Both the position numbers and the translations under genes were made by a program. Below the pieces are notes generated by a model. The model had not been told where the DNA came from. It worked only from the letters and a program-made list of their open reading frames with translations, and did no database searches. DNA of 64,000 bases from Candidatus Multivoradales bacterium (GTDB lineage Bacteria; Acidobacteriota; Thermoanaerobaculia; Multivoradales; J023). The DNA is taken from positions 3,712,001 to 3,776,000 of the forward strand of contig CBDFLE010000006.1 of the NCBI GenBank assembly GCA_965248925.1, in the 5' to 3' direction. Below, piece after piece: positions 58,090 through 64,000 of the stretch; within the stretch, counting starts at the first letter, position 1; each line of letters opens with the position of its first letter.

Positions 58090-60501
58090 GTGACGAGTTT
58101 CTTGCTCAGTGACCTGCGTTTTGCTTGGCGGAGATGGCGCCGGCGGCCAGCTTTCCCATTGGTTGTGCTGCTGATCACGAGTTTCGGAGTCGGCTCGCTC
58201 AGTGCCGTTTTCAGTGTTCTCGACAGTACTCTTCTCAGACCCCTACCCTATCCACAAGCCAGCCGCTTGGTGCTGGTTGGACGAGGTTTGCAGTCGGTGG
58301 CGCTCTTTGCCCATTGGCAAGCGAGTTTGCGCGGTGTCGAGTTGCTGGCGGCGGCCAGGCCGGCTGGTCCCATGGCCCTGACCGGTGAGCACATCCCGGC
58401 CAGGGTGTTGGCCACCGAAGTGAGCCGCGAGCTATTTCCCTTGCTCGGCGCGAAAGCCGCCGCGGGCCGCCTTTTCGAACCAGAGGATTTCACTAGTCGG
58501 GCCGAGCGACTGGTTCTCAGCCACCAGATCTGGCATCGCCGCTGGGCGGGTGATCCTGGAGTGATCGGCAGCAGGATCAAACTGGGGGGCCGGCTCTGGA
58601 CAATCACCGGTGTCCTGAGCCCATCGTTCGTGCCGCCCTCCAGGGTGACTGGCGAGCAGGTCGATATTTGGTTACCGCTCCATCGTGAGGCCGACGATTC
58701 GGGCGCTTGGCGCAGCCATTCATTGCGGGTGATCGGTCGACTTGGTGCGGGAGGGACTCTCGAATCAGCAAGCGCCGACCTGCTCGAAGTGGACGCCAGG
58801 CTTGCAGAACAGATCCCCGAGCATCGTACCAATCTGCGAGGTGATGCAAAGTTCACGGCTTTGTTGCCGCTCAAGAGCGCAACGGTCAGTGAGGTCGAAG
58901 GCAAGTTGTGGATGATCTGGCTTGCCGCCGCGGCGCTGCTGCTGATCGCTAATGCAAACCTCGCGGGCTTCTTCCTGGCCGATGGCAGAGAACGGACACA
59001 GGAACTGAAAATGCGGGCTGTTCTTGGGGCTACTAGCGGCCGATTGTTGCGTCAACTCTTGCTAGAGGCGTTGGTTCTTGCCTTCCTGGGAGGAGGCTTG
59101 GGGCTGGTTCTCGCTGTCGCGGGCCAGAAGATCCTGGTGGCCTTTCGGCCAATCGAGATCCCTCGTCTTGGCGAGGCAGTCTTCGATTTTCGGCTGTTCT
59201 TTTTCGCGCTCTCGGTAGCTGGGATTACTGCTCTAGCAATCGGTCTTGCACCGGCCATCCAGGCGGTTCGGCGAGCCTGTAACGGTAGTTTCGCGGGCAG
59301 TGCGAGCGGCCAGCGACGGGGGTGGCGGGCTGAAGGCTTGTGGGTCGTTGGGGAGATCACCATGACTCTGGTTCTGCTCACCGCTGCCGTTCTCATGCTG
59401 CAAGGTTTCTCGAAGCTGGTCAACACCGAGCCCGGTTTCGTGGTGCAGGGTCTTACCAGGGCCGAGGTGACTCTGGGCGATGAGTACACGCCAGAACAAC
59501 GGCTTCATTTCGCTGACTCTTTGCTGGAGCGGTTGCGGGCCACCGCGGGCGTCACTTCAGCAGCGGTGGCCTGGAGCCTGCCCTTCGATGCTATCGGCGG
59601 TGCTCAATGTTGCCTCCTCACCCACCTCTCGGATCCGGCAGGGGGAGAAGCCATCGCCGCTTTGGTTCACCCGGTCAGTCCAGGATATTTCCGAGTCCTG
59701 AGCGCCCGTCTAGTTCGCGGAAGAGACCTGCGCCAGGGGGATGAGAGAGCTGCATCGGTGCCGGTTGTTATCAACCAGGCCCTCTCTCAACATCTTTTTC
59801 AGAATGGAAAAACACTGCACCGTTTCCTCAGCATGGAAAGCCCGCGCGCGCTCGAGCTGGTCGTGGTGGGCGTCGTCGAGGACCTGCGTTACTGGGATCT
59901 GCTCGAGCCGGTAGGCCCAGCGATGTACCTGCCCTATTCGCGACTTGGGGGTCTCTTGAGTGAGCTGCGCATCGTCTTGCGAACCAGCACGAGTCTCACC
60001 GGGGACCTTGCCGCTGGCCTGCGCTCCGCTATTGGGGCGATCGACCCGGAATTGCCCGTCGCAGGAATAGAAACCCTGGAATCGCGATTCGTATCCGCCA
60101 CTCGCCCGGAGAGGTTTTACTCGGCTTTGGTCGGGTTCTTTGCCGCGTTGGCGGTGCTGGTTACAGCCGTTGGAATAGGTGCTTCCTTGCTTTACTCAGT
60201 CAGCCGGCGCGAGGGGGAGTTAGCCGTCCGGCTAGCACTTGGTGCTGGTAGCGGCGATCTCTTCTGGGCTGTGACCTGTCGGATCGTCGTCTGGGTGAGT
60301 TTGGGGCTGGGCGTCGCACTGTTGCTATCAGTTGCGATGTCGAGTTTCCTGAATCGGGTGGTTCCGTGGACGGAACCCTTAGGGGCAGGAGTGTTCTTGG
60401 GAGCGGTACTGCTCTTTGGTGTGGTTACTGTTCCAGCGCTCTTGATTCCAGCTTTGAAGGCCGCCGGGAGTGATCCGGCGAAAGTTCTAAAGCGCTTATA
60501 G
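58090..60501 (+). CDS. ADOP-type duplicated ABC permease (MacB/FtsX domains)
   Basis: DLRFAWRRWRRRPAF, LLRPLPYP, LLLIANANLA, RTQELKMRAVLGA, second REGELAVRLALGA repeat; no ATPase gene adjacent. Confidence 0.9.
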   Translation: MTSFLLSDLRFAWRRWRRRPAFPLVVLLITSFGVGSLSAVFSVLDSTLLRPLPYPQASRLVLVGRGLQSVALFAHWQASLRGVELLAAARPAGPMALTGEHIPARVLATEVSRELFPLLGAKAAAGRLFEPEDFTSRAERLVLSHQIWHRRWAGDPGVIGSRIKLGGRLWTITGVLSPSFVPPSRVTGEQVDIWLPLHREADDSGAWRSHSLRVIGRLGAGGTLESASADLLEVDARLAEQIPEHRTNLRGDAKFTALLPLKSATVSEVEGKLWMIWLAAAALLLIANANLAGFFLADGRERTQELKMRAVLGATSGRLLRQLLLEALVLAFLGGGLGLVLAVAGQKILVAFRPIEIPRLGEAVFDFRLFFFALSVAGITALAIGLAPAIQAVRRACNGSFAGSASGQRRGWRAEGLWVVGEITMTLVLLTAAVLMLQGFSKLVNTEPGFVVQGLTRAEVTLGDEYTPEQRLHFADSLLERLRATAGVTSAAVAWSLPFDAIGGAQCCLLTHLSDPAGGEAIAALVHPVSPGYFRVLSARLVRGRDLRQGDERAASVPVVINQALSQHLFQNGKTLHRFLSMESPRALELVVVGVVEDLRYWDLLEPVGPAMYLPYSRLGGLLSELRIVLRTSTSLTGDLAAGLRSAIGAIDPELPVAGIETLESRFVSATRPERFYSALVGFFAALAVLVTAVGIGASLLYSVSRREGELAVRLALGAGSGDLFWAVTCRIVVWVSLGLGVALLLSVAMSSFLNRVVPWTEPLGAGVFLGAVLLFGVVTVPALLIPALKAAGSDPAKVLKRL

Positions 60502-60551
60502 AGCATGCCTGATGGTCAAGTGTGCAATAAACCAATAAGGGAGATAATACG

Positions 60552-61202
60552 ATGTTGTATCTCAGAAGCAGATCATGGTGCGCCCGCTGTTTTATTTGCT
60601 GGCTGTTCCTTTTGATCTCGTTGGTCGTCCAGCCGGTCTATGCACAAGACTCAGGTGCCGAACTGAGCCCCCTCTTGGCATTGGAGATAACCCATCCCGA
60701 GGGCCGGATTCTCTTGGATCTGCTCGTAGAATCCGATGGCCCGGTCACGATCCCGATCGAGACCGAGTGGGTGCGTGGTCTATTGGTGGCGACCGATCTT
60801 GAAGGGGATCATCTGCGAGTGGATTTCAGCGGCATCTACGACGATGCTTCGACCTTACAACTTGGCACCTATTGGTTCGACCTGCCTGAACACTGGTCCG
60901 AGTTGAGAATCGCGCACCTTCTCGGATCCGGCAAGGCTCTGGATTGGCCTGAGCCTTCGCCGCAGCTCGAAACCGCGCCGCTACCGCTTCTCGAACTAGA
61001 CTCCGCCGGACTCAACGGCTGGTCGATCAGGCTTTCGACTTCTCCTCTGCTAACCAAGGGCAGCTGCTCGTGTTGCAGGTGTGGGAGCCTTCTTTGCTGC
61101 CCGAACAGCGGCCGTTGTCTCGGCTGCGGCAACTGTGGGAATTGTTGTTGCGTCAATGATGAGGGTGGCGGCACGCCTCCTAGCCCAGAGCAAAAGGGTT
61201 AG
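60552..61202 (+). CDS. Secreted protein with Cys-rich C-terminal tail
   Basis: GGAG SD, signal peptide (VYA-Q), tail CSCCRCGSLLCCPNSGRCLGCGNCGNCCC. Confidence 0.8.
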   Translation: MLYLRSRSWCARCFICWLFLLISLVVQPVYAQDSGAELSPLLALEITHPEGRILLDLLVESDGPVTIPIETEWVRGLLVATDLEGDHLRVDFSGIYDDASTLQLGTYWFDLPEHWSELRIAHLLGSGKALDWPEPSPQLETAPLPLLELDSAGLNGWSIRLSTSPLLTKGSCSCCRCGSLLCCPNSGRCLGCGNCGNCCCVNDEGGGTPPSPEQKG

Positions 61203-61253
61203 TTGCTCTCGATCTAGCATGTAGCGGTCAGAGTCAGGCACTGTTGAGAGCGA

Positions 61254-62150
61254 GTGCCTGGCTCTCTGAGACCTCAGATCTGCGGTGGATGTTTGCCGCA
61301 GCGCCGACCCGCAACCTGCTGTCCTGGCTCACACGGGCTCGCTCAGCCCTCACCCGTGGTTCCGGCGGAGGCTGCAACCCTGGGGCAGAGCAGGCCACCT
61401 TCGCCTTTCTTTGCAGCTTTCCTCTCAAGTCTTGTCCGGTTCGGGCCGCGCTTGCCGAGATACCCGTCGAAGCTTGGTGTCCGCAACGACGAAGTGGAGG
61501 ACGGCACGGCGTCCAATGTTCTTGCCTCGGAGTTGGGTGAGCGCTCGGGCGATGGTTTTCTGGTCGTCTGGGACTACATCGACGGTCCCGATGGCCTGTA
61601 CGGGCAGGTTTTCGATGGCTCCGCCGTGGCGCAAGGCAGCCCGATCGAGGTGACGGCCGGCAGCTATGGCAACGCCCGTCTCCAGGGCTTGGATACTGGC
61701 GGATTGATGGCTGTTTGGCGCTCGGGTCTCAGCCGAGCCAAGCGGCGCAGTTTCGATGCGTCGGCAACCGGTGCGGCCGCGGTCGACATCAGCCCGTTGG
61801 CTGGCCTGCAGCGATGGACCGACGTGACGGCGTTGCCCGGTGGCCGAGCGGCGGTGACTTGGCTGACGATTCCAGACAATGGACCGTACCGCATTGACGC
61901 CCAGCTGATCACCGCCGACTCCCAGATCGACACTGAGTGGCAAGTCGACACCGCGGCGGTGTCGCTGAATCGCTCGCGGATCGCCTACGATCCCGCGTCT
62001 GCTCAGCTGATCATTCTGTGGACTCGGCTTGGGTCAGCCAATGGTGACCAAGAAGACATCATCCTACGGCGCTACAGTCTCGAGACGCCGATTTTCATCG
62101 ATGGTTTCGAGAGCGGGGATTTGCTGGGCTGGTCCGGCTCGGTCCTCTAG
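61254..62150 (+). pseudogene. Probable 5'-truncated secreted beta-rich protein ending in IFIDGFESGDLLGWS
   Basis: The first ~70 codons look non-coding (no SD or signal peptide); the rest has repeats like GFLVVW...YGQVFDG typical of secreted proteins. Confidence 0.5.
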
Positions 62151-62351
62151 CTGCCTTCGTCACTCAGAAGAGGTACTCACCTCCGCTCGCGGGCGAAGGT
62201 TGGGGTCGAAATCACTCGCTAAGCCGGCGGCAGAGAGCACGAAGATGAGAGTGCTGCTCGTACCCGGCCACTTCGACTCTCGGCTCGTAGCCCAGGTTGG
62301 CGGCCAGCGGGCGAGCAAGCCTGCTCATTCGAAGCTGCCGACTGAAAGTGC

Positions 62352-62762
62352 TCAGCTGCCAAGGTGTATCACCAGCCGGCGCGGGTTGCGTTGGCGGCGG
62401 TGCTCCCAGAGGAAGATGCCTTGCCAGGTGCCGAGGGTCAGTCGGCCTCCGGAGATAGGGATGGCCAGGGAAGTGGCGGTGAGGGCGGCGCGGATGTGCG
62501 AGGGCATATCGTCGGGGCCTTCGGCGGTGTGGGTGTAGAGGGGGTCGTTCTCAGGCGCCAGGCGGGCCAGCCAGCGTTCGAGGTCGTGGCGGGCGGAGGG
62601 GTCGGCGTTTTCTTGGATGGTCAGGCTGGCCGAGGTGTGTTGCAGGAAGAGGGTGCAAAGACCTTCTTCGAGGCCGCCGTGCTGGACCACAGCGGCAACC
62701 AGACCGGTAATTTCGTGCAGGCCGGGGCCGTTGCCGGGCAGGGTGATTTTCTCTACGCTCAT
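62352..62762 (-). CDS. yjbQ: YjbQ/UPF0047 family protein
   Basis: HTSASLTIQENADP, EGPDDMPSHIRA, LGTWQGIFLWEHR; GGAGG SD. Confidence 0.93.
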   Translation of the reverse strand: MSVEKITLPGNGPGLHEITGLVAAVVQHGGLEEGLCTLFLQHTSASLTIQENADPSARHDLERWLARLAPENDPLYTHTAEGPDDMPSHIRAALTATSLAIPISGGRLTLGTWQGIFLWEHRRQRNPRRLVIHLGS

Positions 62763-63080
62763 CTCGCTTCTCCTCCGGTCGGTGATGATAGCAAGGGCTT
62801 CGGGATAAGCTGAGTCCAACCTCTGGACCGAGAGCGAGCGATTCGACTATGAGCATCAGGCGCAGAATGACCCTCTCCTTCGCTGCTGCAAGAAGTGACT
62901 GACACCACTCGCCCGCTGCCAGCAGGCTCGGTTCTCAGGAGATGAAGGAGAAAGCTGTGGAGGCGATGGCGAGAAGGGAGACGGCGTGTTTCATCAGGGC
63001 CCTTTCGGTCGTCGGTGATGCGGTAAAGCAGTTCTACCAGAGCCGAGGGCAGCCCTTCGACAGTTCTCGGTGGTGGCCGG

Positions 63081-64000
63081 TCAGGGGCTGGTCCGTAACG
63101 TTGTGAGCTTCGCCAACGCTCGATCGAGCTGTGGAGCGCGCCGACTCCAAGCATAGCGTTCTAGCCCCCGGCGGAGGGTCGCCGCTGCGAATTTGCTGCT
63201 GTCTCCGCGGGCGAGTTCGGGCCGCTGGACGAGGCTTCGCAGCCGCTCTGCTAGCTCGGTCGAGCTACCGTCGTAGAGCAGCTGTTGTTGGGCCGCCGCG
63301 GGCACTTCTCGCAGCAGTTCGGGATAGGCCAGACGGTTGGGTAGCAGCGGCCGGCAGCCAGCGGCCATGGCTTCGACCGCGCTGATACCGAAAAACTCGT
63401 GCCGAGCGCTGGAGACGAAAACATCAGCCGCCGCCAGCTTCGCCAGATAGTCGTCGCGGTTGGCGGCGAAGCCCCAATGTTCAAGATGGCTGGCTAGGAC
63501 TTGGCGCGCTTGGGCGAACACTTCCGGTACTTGGCGAAAGCTCTCGCCAAGCACGCTCAAGCGAAAGGACAAGTTCTCTCGGTGCAGCTGACCGAGGGCT
63601 TCAAACAACACGTCGGGCCCTTTGTCGTGCTCCCAGCGGGCCGCCCAGACGATGTGTAGTGGGCCCGACCGGCAGCTGCTAATCGCCGCTGGAAACTCGA
63701 CACCGGGAGCCTGCACCGTCGCCTTTTCGGCCACCGCTGCGACCGCTTCGCGGGGTTGAAAGTCGGGCATCTGGCGCACCAAGCGGTGGGCGGCGGTGAG
63801 AAAGTCGCGGCGATGAAAGGCAGAGTTGAACCACACCGCACCGGCGGCCAGGGCGCTGGTCAGATTGGTGAAGCCGAAATGCAAATCTCTCTCTTTGGGT
63901 TGGCGCACGGGATAGGTGAGTTGGTTTTCGTGCAAGTAGAGCACCGCGGGCAGCCCCGCGGCGGTGGCGCTTAGGCCGCGTAGTTGGGCCAAATCGAGCA
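63081..64000 (-). CDS. GT4 glycosyltransferase, DUF3524/GTDC1-like (5' end outside the window)
   Basis: YLHENQLTYP, FNSAFH, WAARWEHDKGP, HEFFGISAVEA, LAYPEL. Confidence 0.88.
   Translation of the reverse strand, partial: LDLAQLRGLSATAAGLPAVLYLHENQLTYPVRQPKERDLHFGFTNLTSALAAGAVWFNSAFHRRDFLTAAHRLVRQMPDFQPREAVAAVAEKATVQAPGVEFPAAISSCRSGPLHIVWAARWEHDKGPDVLFEALGQLHRENLSFRLSVLGESFRQVPEVFAQARQVLASHLEHWGFAANRDDYLAKLAAADVFVSSARHEFFGISAVEAMAAGCRPLLPNRLAYPELLREVPAAAQQQLLYDGSSTELAERLRSLVQRPELARGDSSKFAAATLRRGLERYAWSRRAPQLDRALAKLTTLRTSP

Noticed and set aside
62980-63012. Hammerhead ribozyme (CTGATGA with nearby GAAA; also 46677)
   Set aside because: The required stems II/III could not be formed.

Overview
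High-GC bacterial chromosomal window. The gene content (ADOP-type duplicated permease, CHAT/ECF modules, PEGA/TPR Ser/Thr kinases, IFxDGFESGD-tailed secreted proteins) suggests Acidobacteriota, possibly Thermoanaerobaculia; this is an inference. Housekeeping and regulatory genes include an EF-G paralogue, lexA, pilT-like, gatC/gatA, purE, pcm, tRNA-Ala(CGC), two M16 peptidase pairs, an Rsb partner-switching operon behind a sigma54 promoter, and an RDD-SpoIIM-MoxR-DUF58 cluster. Two accessory islands interrupt these. (1) About 17.5-22.9 kb: a complete IS66 with an 8-bp TSD sits just upstream of an intact tyrosine recombinase, which is followed by an AT-rich 1.7-kb two-gene cassette. (2) About 39.4-46.9 kb: a RAYT-like HUH transposase plus a secreted protein/ECF/anti-sigma/CHAT module. 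The top finding is in island 1. Its two convergent genes are bounded by a perfect 19-bp inverted repeat (TAACTAGGAATTATTCATG) that contains each gene's RBS and ATG and is shaped like a tyrosine-recombinase core site. This suggests a whole-gene invertible 'either/or' expression switch. All assignments come from reading the sequence and its motifs; no database searches were run.
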